Assembly: GCF_001194135.2 (NCBI RefSeq)
Contig: NC_068983.1
Coordinates: 30,845,735 to 30,909,734 of the forward strand
DNA from: Octopus bimaculoides
Taxonomy: Eukaryota
Length of the DNA stretch: 64,000 bases
Direction of reading: 5' to 3'
Below, in pieces: positions 13,336 through 27,455 of the stretch; within the stretch, counting starts at the first letter, position 1, and each line of letters starts with the position of its first letter. The notes below the pieces were generated by a model. That model was not told the DNA's origin. It worked only from the letters and a program-made list of their open reading frames with translations, and searched no databases. The translations under genes and the position numbers were made by a program.

Positions 13336-15554
13336 ATTACATTGACACCAATGACACTGACGTCGATGACAATGATAAAGACAATGATGGCGACAATGAT
13401 CCAGGAAAATTTTACCTGATTTTATTAAAAATTAGTAACCAATAACTTCTAATGTATTAACCATTCATTCTAATATAACCCATATTATACATATGTATAT
13501 ATATATATTTACAACTTATAGGGACTGATTAATTTTATATTTAATTTTTCTATGAGAGAGAGATATCAGATGTTAGGATTTTGACTGGAAGTTACAATGA
13601 ACATGAAGATTTCTACTAACCAAACAGAAACTTACTTTTTGAAAGGCAGTAAAATTAACTGAATCAGTGCCAATAGGATCTGAACTCAGTGCCAATAGGA
13701 TCTGAACTCAGAGCCAAAAGAAACAAAATCAAATAATAAATGCACTTATCTTGGTGCAATACCAATTTAGCTATTTTCACTGCACCATGAGAAAGAAACC
13801 ATTAGAGCTTCAAACTTTTAACATAAAAACCACAGATGGATGAGATTTTGAACAGAGTGGTTGAACATGTTTACAGATGTCAAGTGTGTGGTCTCTCAGC
13901 AACTGTTTAATAGGCTATTCTCGGTGGTTGTTGAGATTAGCAGGTTGTAACTAAAGTTATTGATATAGATTTTTTTAGGAAAGATTTTGTTGAGAAATAT
14001 TAAACATATTGCCAGCAGAATTGTGCCAAGTGTAACAATCAGCCATTTTTACAAATAATATATCAGATCCATCATGGACAATGCCTGGCTTTTTAACTAG
14101 GGCCTTCATTCAAGAAGTAGGCTCAATATATTATAACAATCTACATGCACACATTCATACACAAACATACACACTCATAAACAATAAAAGAGCTTATATG
14201 CAACGACACAACCTGCCGAAAACAATAAATCTCTCTCAATTCAATCCTACTAGCTTTAAAAAAAGGGCAAAATAAATAAACAAAAAAATGATAATCATAA
14301 TCATCATTATCATATGCTGAGGGTTTTTTGTATTGCAAGTTACTCAGTGACCATGTTGGAGCTGGTGTCATGTTAAATCACATGTGCCAGTACCATTGCC
14401 ACATAAAGTGCACTCAGTGCTCTCTGCAAAGTGGTTGACATTAAGAAGGGCACCCAACTGCAGAAATAAAGCCCAAACATACAACTGGAACCTGGTGCAG
14501 ATCTCTGGAATACCAGCTCTAACCAGACTGTCCAACCTATGCCAGTAAGGAAAGTGAACGTTAAATGTCGATGATGGGAATTTTCCATGTTTGCATGCAT
14601 CAGACAGAATTTGTTAAAGCAGATCTTTTGTGGTCATATGATCTTCCAGTCACCAACCCCCACTTGTGTCCAACAAGTTAATATTTCCCAGGGACAAACA
14701 GGTTTTTCACAGAAGACTGAAAACAATGTGCCACCAGGTGTCAAACCCACAACCCATGAACTGAATAATTTAATCACAGGCACCTTTACAAACCATATGG
14801 CTCCAGGTTCATTCCCACTGCGTGGCACCTTGAGCAAGTGTCTTCTACTATNNNNNNNNNNNNNNNNNNNNNNNNNNNNNNNNNNNNNNNNNNNNNNNNN
14901 NNNNNNNNNNNNNNNNNNNNNNNNNNNNNNNNNNNNNNNNNNNNNNNNNNNNNNNNNNNNNNNNNNNNNNNNNNNNNNNNNNNNNNNNNNNNNNNNNNNN
15001 NNNNNNNNNNNNNNNNNNNNNNNNNNNNNNNNNNNNNNNNNNNNNNNNNNNNNNNNNNNNNNNNNNNNNNNNNNNNNNNNNNNNNNNNNNNNNNNATATA
15101 TAAATAAATGTATCTTTGTATGTATGTGTGTATATTTGTATGTCTGGTGCAGTCCCTCAGCTTACCAGCCCATGTCAAACTGTCCAACCCATGCCAGATT
15201 GGACAACGGATGTTAAATGATGTGTATGTGTGTGTGGCTGCATTTGTTCTGGTCCTCCACCACTGCTTGATAACCAGTGTTAATTTATTTGCATCTCTGT
15301 AACTTAGTTCAGCAGAACAGAGTGACAGAATAAGTACCAAATTTAAGAATAAGTACTGGGGATCAATTTTTCAACTAAATCATTCAAGATGGAGCCACAG
15401 CATGGCCACAGCCAAATGAATGAAACAAAGAGAAGATAAAAGATATAAGAATCATAATAATTAATTTGGTGCATTTATTATTTATGATAAAAACACTCCA
15501 GTAAATGAAGTATAAGAAAACCATGAAGTGATTGAGTAACAATAAGGAATATAT

Positions 15555-16143
15555 AAGGAGATAAGTTGGGAATATGGTGTGCGTGAGAAGACCTGGCAAG
15601 CCAAGTGAGACCTCAATCCAAGGCCTCTGCTAGGGGTGTAGCCAGCCCACTTATGCATACCTTTCCTTCATTGGACACTAAACTCTGCTTGCGAAGACCT
15701 GTTGAGGCAAGTGAAATTGAAATTGAACTAAATTCAACAACTGGCACCCATGCCAACATCGTCTCCTTCATTGGACACGAAACTTGGCGAAATGGTAATT
15801 GCACCTGTGCCCAGTGTCGCCTTCCTGGCACATGTAAAGACATTCGAGCGAGATCGTCGCCAGTGCCGCTGGACTGGCTCCTGTGCAGGTGGCACGTAAA
15901 ATACACCATTTTGAGCGTGGCCATTGCCAGTACTACCTGATTGGCCTTCGTGCCGGTGGTACGTAAAAGTACCCACTACACTCTTGGAGTGGTTGGCGTA
16001 AGGAAGGGCATCCAGCTGTAGAAACTCTGCAAAATCAGATTGGAGCCTGATGTAGCCATCTGGTTCACCAGTCCTCAGTCAAATCGTCCAACCCATGCTA
16101 GCATGGAAAGCGGACGTTAAACGATGATGATGATGATGATGAT
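15555..16143 (+). mobile_element. 5'-truncated RTE LINE (ORF end plus 3' UTR with internal tandem duplications)
   Basis: VREKTWQAK* at ~15579-15608, duplicated TCCTTCATTGGACAC, ~60-bp internal repeats, and tail ...CGGACGTTAAAC(GAT)n. Confidence 0.75.
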
Positions 16144-17129
16144 AAGTAGTGGAATATCTGAGGCTGGTTAAGGAGCTGGAAAGATGGAAAGCAGATACTG
16201 CATCTCTTACTGTGCACCTACAGCTTCAATAAGGAATGGGCTTTGACTGATTGCCTGATTATTTAGGTTTATGAATCAGGGCCATTTTAACAGAACATTA
16301 GGCCCCCTGAGTAAAGCAATGCACAGAGGTCCCCTACCAACACAACAACAACATAACTAGATTAGCATTGGGTACCTAGGCCTATGTGACTCCCAAGAAA
16401 CTGCCTGGTGTGCACTTATCTTAAGACAGCACTGATATGGATCTTAAAGCTCACACAACAGTTATATAGTTATTAACAATGATTATGAAGTTTGTTGAAC
16501 TAATACTGTTTCTGCCGGAAGCAGAGATGTAGTTTATTAGATGGTAGAAAGTACCATTCAAGATTAGCTCATTATAATATAATTGGTATATCTGTCACAA
16601 ATGATGGCATGTTGGCATTTAAAAATGAACAAGCTGAAATTGGCATTTAATAAATGCCTCAACATAAATTATGTTCCATATATTTTTTGATACAGACTTG
16701 TTTCAACCTATCATATACTGCCAGGTTAGGTTTGAATCAAAGTTTATTTACCAAAATTAGTATATTTTATTAATAATCAATTCCATATGCATTTCATCCA
16801 CACATAAATATCCATTATGACTTGTTTTATATATAAAGCTGTTACACTGAAACATAAAGTGTTGTGGCAGACACCCCCAGGTGAGAAGTGAGTTGGTCCA
16901 CTAATAAATAGTGGCCTGACACAGTCAGTAATGTCAGTTAGTGAGGTACATTGTTCAGGTCAGTCTTGCAGAGATGACGAAATGCGTTGTCATAATGTGG
17001 GACATAACAATAATCATATCACAATATACTAATTTTATTCAATATACAGTCACTGCATACGTTTCCAATGGTAATACAAATGGGTTTCTGCATAGATGTT
17101 ACAATTTTCATGTACTAAAATATTGATAG

Positions 17130-17545
17130 AGGAGTGGCTGTGTGGTAAGTAGCTTGCTTACCAACCACATGGTTCGGGTTCAGTCCCACTGCGTGACACC
17201 TTGGGTAAGTGTCTTCTACTATAGCCTTGGGCCGACCAAAGCCTTGTGAGTGGATTTGGTAGATGGAAACTGAAAGAAGCCCATCGTATATATATGTATG
17301 TATGTATATGTATATATGTATGCATGTGTATATGTTGTGTATCTGTGTTTGTCCCCCCCAACATTGCTTGACAACCGATGCTGGTGTGTTTACGTCCCCG
17401 TAACTTAGTGGTTGGGCAAAGGAGACTGATAGAATAAGTACTAGGCTTACAAAGAATAAGTCCTAGGGTCGATTTGATTTGATTAAAGGTGGTGCTCCAG
17501 CATGGCCGCAGTCAAATGACTGAAACAAGTAAAAGAGTAAAGTAG
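17130..17545 (+). mobile_element. tRNA-derived SINE family A, full length
   Basis: A/B boxes. Tail GGTGCTCCAGCATGGCCGCAGTCAAATGACTGAAAC plus (AAAGAGT)-type end. Confidence 0.9.
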
Positions 17546-18681
17546 AAAAGAGAAAGAGCATAGTGGCACTATACAGTATATATTTCAAACACTGCAAGTA
17601 TACATTGTACAATGCTTCATATATTACAAAATGTGACTTAAGCATTCTTTCATGGAGTGTTTTTTTATAAACATAGATGGAATGAGATATCCTTAGTTGT
17701 TCTTATTATATACACACAGTTTCTTGTTTAATTAAGCAGACCTTTCGTTACATCTTTTATGAAGATTTCATTTCCCATCAGATTTCATTGATCATTACTT
17801 CTTTCTGTGTACAACCTCAGATTCTAACTTCTAGAATATAAATACATAAAGAAATTTAGCACAGAAGATAAAAATAACACATGTTGTTTTGTATTTTCAT
17901 CCCCAAAAAGGAGTTGAACTCCTGGAATTCTCTGTTAGTTCTACCACTGAATTATGAGATAAAAAATTATGTAAGCAATAAGCAAGTCAAAACAGAAAGA
18001 AATTCATATATGTAGTTACACAATGAAGTTTATTATAGAAGATTCCTACACTACAAAGTACTTATTTGGGGAACAGAGAAAAGGAAGGGATACAGCAGGG
18101 ATTGTATGTCTACTTGAAGAAACCAACAGAGAATCATATGTTATGTTACTGGGGATAGAGAAATCTATCACTCTTGGAGGTTGTGGTTGTTGTTAAGCTC
18201 CCAGTCAGTCCTGACTAATTTGACATATGATAAAAGATATTCCAGTTTGATGTCATCATGCCATACAAAAAAAGAGACCTTATTTTTTACCCCTTTTTTG
18301 TTAGATGTTGGACTATCTTTGTGGAAGATTGAGAAACAATGTAGAGGGTTTCTGAGACATCTAGGTGTGAGTGTTAAGAAGGACTAAAGATGATTGAACC
18401 AATACTTAATCTGAGATTAGCTTTGCCTTTCATCCTTCTTAGGTCAATGTACTCATGTACTAGTAGAATCATTAGAGCATCAGACAGAATACCTAGTGGT
18501 ATTTTTTTCCCCACTATTTTCACATTCTGAGTTCAATCCAGCTGTGGGCAACTTGGATGGTTGACTTAATCCATCACCTTATTTAACATCACATCCAAAT
18601 TCTTGAGAATCCACTCTACTGCAAGCATTTGAACTAAGTCTACAGTTTGAGAATACCTTCCACCCTTCCATCAATCTTTAA

Positions 18682-18916
18682 TCCTTTAGCATTTAAACCA
18701 GCTACGTCTGACCCCAATATTCTACTTGCTCTATCTATGTTCAAACTGACCTGATCTGGCTTCTCACACCTACCCTATACCCTACAAAAGCACTCTAAAG
18801 ATAAGTAATTACTTCATCAAAATCTTGAGGCTGCAAATTTAATGGTGGTTAAATCAAAACAATGAAAATGAATAAGTATTTCTTTGACTTGACAGAGCAA
18901 TTTGAATGCTAAAGAG
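18682..18916. mobile_element. piggyBac-type MITE, complete
   Basis: Flanked by TTAA at 18678-18681 and 18917-18920. Imperfect 16-bp TIRs TCCTTTAGCATTTAAA / TTTGAATGCTAAAGAG. Confidence 0.8.
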
Positions 18917-19472
18917 TTAAAGCTTTGTAAAGAGTCATGCAAAGTGTCCTTCCTGTTTGATTATGCATTCAAAACAATTCTGTATGTATTCATCCTTAAA
19001 CTAAATAATCGTCTCAAAATTAACAATAAAAAGCTCATCTCTGAGTTAAAAGAATCTATTAGGAAGACTTTAGAAAACGAAAAGCTGTTTTTTGTTTTTC
19101 TTTTAGGAATAAAATAGCAAGCATTTTAGGTTTCTCAAGAGTTTAATAACCATTCAGAAGGGAGTGTATCTAGCCAGAGAGATATTCACTGTGGCTCCTT
19201 TGCCATCTGTTGGCAAATCCTCATGCTACTTCATGCTACCCCAAGGTTTACAGCTTCAACAGAACGCAGCATTTTGTTATTGTTTTGATGTTGTTGTTTT
19301 TACTACAAGCACTTAGGTCCATGGCAAATTGTTTGTTTAACTTGTAACCTTATCCTGTTGAACATCTCTCCCTATAGACCATAGATGTAGTAGGAAAGAG
19401 CAAGGAAGAACATGCCAGATTGGCTGAAGAAATGGCTCTGCAAACTGTAACAACAGAGGATGTAACAAATTA

Positions 19473-19527
<55 letters not shown>

Positions 19528-20644
19528 ATGAATCAACAAACAAAAAAAAAAAGCTACTTACATTCCCTGGCTAAAAGAGAATATTATCTCTTTGATTGGT
19601 AAATTCAACAAGAAAATATACATTAAAAAAAGGGAAGAAACAAAAAAAAAAAAAATGTGAAGAGGTCAAGATGGGGGGTAGGGGAGAAGAGATACATGGA
19701 AATGTTATGATATACATTATATAAACAAACGAAGATATCACTATTGTGAACTAACATAATGCAAGTCAATTGGTGGTTATTTTCTTAGAACACTGCAAGC
19801 GTGATTTGCTTTCTTTCATTCATAGCATATACAAACAACTGAGTATTTATTTCCACAAAGGCTACCATCTTTGATATGCGATATTCTATATACTCTCTCT
19901 CTTTCTCTATCTATCTATTTCTCCCTTCCAGTCTTACAATAATTCCTGATGTTGTAAAGAAATGGATGTTTCATCTTATTTCAATTTATTTATGTGTCTC
20001 CATCAACAAAAGGCACTCATATATATATCTACCCACGCATACACACATAACCCATATAGAAATGCATTAACCAAGACTTTCACAACCCACGTATGCATCA
20101 TTCTCGCACACCTACTCTCATACAAATCAATCTACATGCATGCTCGTATATAACTTAACATTACACACCTACACGTGCTCACACACAGATTATCCTACAC
20201 ATGCCCTCAAGTATACTTTAGCACACAGGTCAAGATCGGTTTTCCAACAAATTGAAATAGGAACAAAGAACAGACTGGATTAAGTTTCTGATGAAGATCT
20301 GAAGATGCTGAGGTGAATAAACCCTGCTTTTAATGCAATTTTTGTGATCCAGATCAAAGCACAACCATGCCATAAATGCAAAAGCATCTGCTGCACTTGC
20401 CAAATACCATAACAAATGCATGCAATGAGCCAGTGAAGAAACTTGCATGCAGTAACACTATCTGTCTGAAAAAGCAACCAAAATTACCCTTTAAGATTCA
20501 CCCGACTGTCCTTAATATATTTATATAATTCCTGGTATAGATGTGTAGTTTAGACATTTGCTTTGCAACCATGCAATTACAGGTTGTATGGTGCACAGCA
20601 TCAACAGCAAGCGTTTTCTGTTCTAGACTTGGGTTGAACAAATG

Positions 20645-20770
20645 TGAACTGACACAACTGTTAGGTGTGCTACACAAAATGCTTAGCAGCGTTTCTTCCG
20701 GCTCTTTATGTTCTGAATTGAAGTTGCACCAAGGTTGACTTTGGCCTTTCGTCGTTTTGGGGTTGACAAA
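20645..20770 (+). mobile_element. Degenerate SINE family B head
   Basis: GCTTAGCAGCGTTTCTTCC...TTCTGAATTGAAG...GGTTGACTTTGGCCTTTC aligns to family B; explains part of ORF 20498-20821. Confidence 0.6.
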
Positions 20771-21139
20771 ACTAGTAGTAGTTGAGCCCTGAGATTTTGA
20801 TGTTATCATCTTACTTCTCATCTAAAATTGCTGGCCTCTTGCCAAATTTTGAACTTATTATATATGTACAGCATATTTGAAGTCCCAGCATTTGTCAGTA
20901 ATAAAGGGACTCCTTATAAAAATTCCCTCATAATAGGGAACTTGGTCAAAGCCAATTCTTGTATCTGTATGTAGTAAGGAGACACGATAAGAAAAATGAC
21001 CTCTTAATGGGGAATTTAGTTCTAAAATGCAATTTTTTAAATAGAATTGTATAGATTTAGTACATTGCATGATTTGTTTAATTTCCTGTGAAATTTAACT
21101 TTGCAAAAGAAGAAGAAAAAGGTTAATAAAGTTATTGGC

Positions 21140-21345
21140 TTCAAATTTTGACACAAGGCCAGCAAGTTTGGAGTTGGGGGTAAGTCAATTACATTGACCC
21201 CAGTGCTCAACTGGTTCTTATTGTATCGACCCTGAAAGGATAAAAGGCAAAGTTGACCTCAGCAAAATTTGAACTCAGAATGAGTTAAATGCTGCTAAAC
21301 ATTTTGGCCAGCATGCTAACAACTCTGTCAGCTGGCTGTCTTGCA
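21140..21345 (-). mobile_element. SINE family B
   Basis: Homologous to 3645-3875. Confidence 0.75.
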
Positions 21346-23196
21346 ATTAATAAAGATATTAATATCATTTTTATGTAGGGGTCCCCAAGGATATGGAATA
21401 TATTTCAAGAGTTCCCCAAAAGTAAAATGGTAATGAAACATTTGCCATCACAAAGGTGGTGAACCAGGTTTTGGTTTATAGGAAACTGAAAACCAATAAT
21501 TTCATGTTCATGAAATACCTGATAAAAATAATATACATATAAAAATAGACTGATCACTTTGAAAATAAGAACTACAAATATACTTTTTTCTAAGTGTGTT
21601 CTACAGAGCACCTTACTGGATAATTTTATAAACAGAGTATTACTTTTATATTGATATTAGAATAGCAATGTTATAGAAAAGAACAGCTAATTTAGTATTA
21701 ACATATTTAAAATAGGAATCACTAATTAATGAAGAGAAATAATAGTTACTATTTCAGCAAGTACTATGGAGACTATTCTTTGTTGATGAGGTCAGAATAA
21801 AATATGTCCAGAGTTGTCTTCTGTATTTTCCAGAAATGAAAGTGATATTAGTCACTGACTGATATAATGTATTTTATTTCACCATATAATTATTTCAAGC
21901 TGATAGTTAATGCATTGAGCATTAAAAATATAACATTAACTCAAATGTTGGTTTTCATGTTGATGATAAGGCACAGAGAGGCACAGTCATAGTCTTGTGA
22001 CTAACCCTAATTTCACTTCACAGCTATGTGGTTTGGGTTTTTTCAGTATCACTATGTTGTATTTTAGCTATCTTTATCGCACAAAAAATTCTTAAGCAAA
22101 GCTAACTGGAACTTGTAAACATCACTTTATAAAGCAATGTGTTCCAGAGCAGAGAATATTCTGAAATGAGTTGAGAATTAAATCATTTATGTCTATTTTT
22201 TTTAATATTTAACACAAAATTCTCAGCAACACAAAGTTAATTACTAAAGACTGTATAATGACCCAAAGGACAGATTCATTGTTGTTCTCACATAATAAAT
22301 GATATCAGTAGGTTAGTTCAAGGTTCATTTTCTTCCTTATAAAGTGTTAAAGCAATTACAGTAGCTTTCCTTTATAGCATGAGAATATTGCTATGGCAAC
22401 TAGTGCTTTTGATGAGGAATTTTTAAACAAGCCAAACTACTAATGATGAATTCCATGGCAAAATGTACAAGTGATAAAAGATGGCTACAGGAAAACTTCT
22501 GAGTTAAAACCAGCTGTCAGTATCAGTGAGTTGGCAGATAATTAAATCATTGTTTGTAAATTACCTTTAAATTACAATATGCTTACAGGAAGCTGTAGTG
22601 TTGCCAATCAGGCAGGTAGGTTATTTTTTTTGTTGGTGGTGATTGAAATGTCATCTACCAAAATGTTTGTGTGTCTAGCCAGAGAATTGCGCCTGATGTG
22701 GGAGAAGTAGCCTATTAGAAGTCTTACTTGAGTTTTGAAGAGAGTAAACAACTGTTTAGGGATTGAAGTATTTTCTGGCCCTGAAGAGAAAGGTTAGTCT
22801 TTGGGATAAGGTTGGAGATGATGGAGGTCAAATTACAAATATTTTCTCACATTAGGGTTGTTGATGACAACAAAGAATTATCCCAATGTATGTTTATATT
22901 TTTTATCTTTTATTTTTTATTGCTTTCAACCATTGAACTGTGGCTATGCTGGAGTAACTCGCCGGCAGATACTGGCATCGACCATGATCGGATGGTGCTT
23001 TTTACATGCCACCAGCACAGAAGCCAGTCAGGGCGAGGGGGCTGACATTGACCACATTCGGATGGTGCTCTCTATGTGCCACCTGCACATACATTTATAT
23101 ATNNNNNNNNNNNNNNNNNNNNNNNNNNNNNNNNNNNNNNNNNNNNNNNNNNNNNNNNNNNNNNNNNNNNNNNNNNNNNNNNNNNNNNNNNNNNNN

Positions 23197-23237
<41 letters not shown>

Positions 23238-24837
23238 GTATATATGGTGGCCTTCTTTCAGTTTCCATCTACTAAATCCACTAACAATGCCTGGGGCGAT
23301 AGTAGAAAACTTTGCCCCAGATGCCATATAGTGGGAATGAACCCAAAGCTACTTGGTTAGAAAGTATGCTTCTCAATCACACAGCCATTCCTACAACTAT
23401 GGATTAACCTTATACAGAATATAATCCATTCTGTCCTTCTGAATGCATAAATCAGCACTGGTGCACATGTTGCCATTTGAGACATACATAGTGCATAAAT
23501 GCATATATTTCCAATAGGAGTACCTGTAGATAAGAAACCAGTAAATCAAATTTCTTTAATCTAAGAAGAAGCTGGGGTTGATTTTTAATGTGCTATAAAC
23601 ACCAGAGAAACACCTGACACCTATTACAATTTAAGAGAAGTGTCATTCATCACTTGCAGATTTTAAATGGGTTAATCAATGGTTAATTGCAATTACCTGT
23701 GCAAGGTTACAAAGCAAATGTACGTAACTTGATGCAGAACAAATATCTCAAAGAAGAGCTCAGTGGTGCACTGTTTTTTTTTTTTTTGCTTTCTCACTAA
23801 TGTTTATGTTCTTAGTCAATGTATATTGACAAAAGACACATACACACACTTACTCTCTCATACACCTCTCATATACACCACATAAACACAACAGGCTTCC
23901 ACATAATTTTCATCTGCTAAATTACCCTCACAAAGATTTAATCACTGCGTGGCTATGACAGAAAGCATTTGTCCAAAATACTGCACGACAGTATTAAATC
24001 TGGAACGACATGGTTGTGGAGAAAACTTCTTAATCAGACTAACAGATAAACAAAGACAAAAACACAATATTATTATATTTCTGTTATACATATGTGTGTA
24101 TGAGCACATGTATGCCCACGTGTACGTGTGTGTGTGTGTGTGTGTGATGCACAGCACAGCATAAATCAAAAGAACTGAAATGTCATAGAATGTGTTTATA
24201 TCTTTCTTATTATACCCAAAGTGAAGCTTTCTAATATTTTCACATACACATGCATACAACATGCTTCTTTCATTTTCCACCTACCATATTCATTCACTCC
24301 TAAGGCTCTTGCCAGCCTGAGGCTATGAAGCTATAGTAAAAGACATTTGTCTGAGGTGTCATACAGTGAGACTAAACACAAAATTACTTGATTGTAAAGA
24401 ACCCACAAGGATTAATCCAGGCCAGGCCGACTCGAATTACATTGCAGGCCACTTTAATCACAGAAAGCTTTTTGAAGGCTGCTTGTATACTGACAGAATT
24501 GAAAGCATTTTGCTATCTCATGCTATTATTACAATAATGAGTGAATGATCATTGATTCAACATGAAATATTGTCATGACACAGACAGTAGTATCTTTCGT
24601 TTTTACTTTTCGTTACAATCTTAAATTTTTGATAAAATCTTTAAAATGTTTGTTTAAATAAACCCATTTCAAGAAGGTATCAAGCAAGTTGCAAGATAAA
24701 AGTCTGTGGGCCCTGGACTAAACAGATAAAAATTTTTGAAAAACTTGGTTCCAAAAAAGAGAATGAAAAGTTATGAAGTTGTTGCATTGAATGTTGGATG
24801 GGTCTTTTTCTTTTTTTGTTGACTTTTTTTTAACCTT

Positions 24838-25016
24838 TTTAAGTGTTTCAGTCATTAGACTGGCCATGCTGGGACACTACCTTGAAGAACTTTAATTGAA
24901 CAAATTGACCTCAGGATGTTTTATGTTTTTGTAAAGTCTGGTACTATCAGTTTCTCTTGCCAAACTGCTAAGTTGCAGGAATGTAAATACACCAACACCA
25001 GTTGTCAAGTGGGGGA

Positions 25017-25097
<81 letters not shown>

Positions 25098-25290
25098 ACA
25101 CATACACACACATACATACACACGTGTGTGTGTGCGTGTTTATTTTACAGGCTTCTTTCAGTTTCATTCTACCACAAATCCATTCACAAGGCTTTGAGTG
25201 GCCTGAGGCTATAGTAAAAGACACTCATCCAAGGTACCACACAGTGGGACTGAACCTGGAACAACCATGTGGTTAGGAAACAAACTTCTT
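24838..25290 (-). mobile_element. SINE family A variant with long (CA)n centre
   Basis: Reverse complement of family A head and tail. Confidence 0.8.
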
Positions 25291-25355
25291 ACTACACAGC
25301 CACGCCTATGCTTGTTTCTTTCTTTCTTTTTGTTTTTGTTTATTCATAATTAACA

Positions 25356-25760
25356 AGGAGTGGCTGTGTGGTAAGTAGCTTGCTTACGAACCACATGGTT
25401 CCGGGTTCAGTCCCACTGCGTGGCACCTTGGGCAAGTGTCTTCTACTATAGCCTCAGGCCGACCAAAGCCTTGTGAGTAGATTTGGTAGACGGAAACTGA
25501 AAGAAGCCCGTCGTATATACGTATATATATATATGTGTGTGTGCAGATGTTTGTGTGTCTGTGTTTGTCCCTCCAACTTCGCTTGACAACCGATGCTGGT
25601 GTGTTTACGTCCCCGTAACTTAGTAGTTCGGCAAAAAGAGACCGATAGAATAAGTATTAGACTTACAAAGAATAAGTCCTGGGGTCTAAAGGCGGTGCTC
25701 CAGCATGGCCGCAGTCAAATGACTGAAACAAGTAAACGAGTAAAAGAGTAAAAGAGTAAG
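25356..25760 (+). mobile_element. tRNA-derived SINE family A, near intact
   Basis: A box TGGCTGTGTGG, B box GGTTCAGTCCC, CpGs retained. Confidence 0.9.
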
Positions 25761-26719
25761 TGTTGAGTGGAGAAAAGGGAATTGTGTAAGTTAACTTTAG
25801 GAGTTTGCTATGTTGCAGAAAAAAAAAATTAAAATCTTGAATATACTGTTTAGTTGATTATCTTAGAGAGAAGGTGACAGCAGGCTGACTAGAAAAGATA
25901 AACATTTATCTCTTTACCCTCTGATCCACCAACATTTAGATAACATACCAACATTTTAGATAACATAACCCGAATCATTTCCTAGATTTGAAAGAAATAC
26001 AAAAAGAAAGAGAGAGAGAAATCGAAAAAGAAACAAAACTAGTGGCTCATCTCAGATTTCTTAAATGTACTTATCAATGGATACTTTGTTTTAGGATGAA
26101 ATAATTGAAACCTCTTACTCACAAGGGGGTGGTGAGAAAGGGAGAGAGAGAGGGGGTCGAAGAGAGAGGAGGAAATGCATAGTCACAAATAACACATTTT
26201 TCTGTGTATATTGGGAAAGAAAATGATGAAGAATTTTTTTTTTTCTTCATAAAGATACCAGCTGTTCCTGTCATACTCAATCAGCTTCTTGAAAGAAGTT
26301 TTAACTAGTAAGTTTAACTTCTTTTAAGTTCTGTAGACTAGACATGATATTTCTGATAATAAGTTAGTACACACAGACATAACAAAATAACATTTGTATC
26401 ACAGCATTTGCTGTTATTTTAATAGTTTTGCACCACGTTAAATAACTCTATTGCTTGTGCTATTTAGCCCCAGGTCGACTCTGATCAAGCAGGCCTATGA
26501 TCAAAGGCACCACAACCATGACCCACTCCATCTTTTGGGTGGGGTGAGGTGGAGTGAGGAGTATATCTTGGACTACATTACCTGAGGTGTTGTTTCCTTA
26601 TTTGAAATACTAGAATGTGATATGAGGGAGATCTCACTGCTATTTATAGCAAGTCAAGTGACTTTGTAAAGGCTCTCTCAAAGACATGACAGTCTTATAG
26701 ATGCAGACATAGCTCACTT

Positions 26720-27100
26720 TGCAGCCATGTGTCTTTGGGTTCAGTCCTACGGTACAGCACAATGGGCATGTGTCTTCTACTATAGCCCCCAGGCAAACCA
26801 GTGCCTTATAAGTGAAGTTGGAAGATGGAAACTGTGTAGAAGCCTGTCATATATGTATATGTGTATATATGTATATAATTATTCTTTTATTCTTTTGTTT
26901 CAGTCATTTCACTGCAGCCATGCTGGAGCATCACCTTTAGTCGAACAAATTGACCCCAGGACTTATTCTTTGTAAGCCTAATACTTATTCTATTGGTCTC
27001 TTTTGCCACACTGCTATGTTACGGGGACATAAACACACCAACATCGGTTGTTAAGTGATGGTGGGGCGACAAACACAGACACACAAATATATACATAAAT
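26720..27100. mobile_element. Junction of SINE A 5' half (+, ~26720-26870) and SINE A 3' half (-, ~26880-27100)
   Basis: Homology to family A in opposite orientations either side of a (TA) tract. Confidence 0.7.
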
Positions 27101-27104
27101 ATAC

Positions 27105-27139
<35 letters not shown>

Positions 27140-27202
27140 NNNNNNNNNNGATGTACTTGCATAGCAAGTGACCTGATCTGAGATCGTGTGCTGGAATGAA
27201 AT

Positions 27203-27451
27203 CAATTGCAGCGTGGAAGGTGTTTATAAGCCATTTAAAATAACACACAAAATCCGTTAGATTCACTTCAACATTTAAATTTAATTTGTCAAAATATTTG
27301 TATCTCAGATGCAGCACAGAATTTTGTCAGTGAACAGGCCGTGGTCACAAAACGATGAAAATATTTTGACAAATTAAATTTAAATGTTGAAGTGAATCTA
27401 ACGGATTTTGTGTGTTATTTTAAATGGCTTATAAACACTTTCCACGCTGCA

Positions 27452-27455
<4 letters not shown>
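27203..27455. repeat. Near-perfect 97-bp inverted repeat with 59-bp spacer (Penelope inverted pseudo-LTR-like)
   Basis: Arm 27203-27299 is the reverse complement of 27359-27455 with one mismatch. Confidence 0.9.
27323..27373 (+). ncRNA. Candidate minimal type I hammerhead ribozyme, G3-C8 variant
   Basis: Stem I TTTGTCA/TGACAAA, core GTGAACA, imperfect stem II GCCGT/ACGAT, GAA, palindromic stem III AATATT, U17. Confidence 0.45.

Noticed and set aside
14141-14371. CPFF in minus ORF resembling FAM155 CPF motif
   Set aside because: No upstream WxC or C..C and no supporting splice signals; the flanks are repeats.
20230-20448. AWLC in minus ORF resembling FAM155 YKAWLC (possible exon 2)
   Set aside because: No phase-0 acceptor or pyrimidine tract, and the downstream C..C/CP motifs are absent.
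23685-23730. Possible recursive splice site on minus strand (CTTGCACAG|GTAATT)
   Set aside because: Only a moderate donor and acceptor; expected by chance in 56 kb without RNA evidence.
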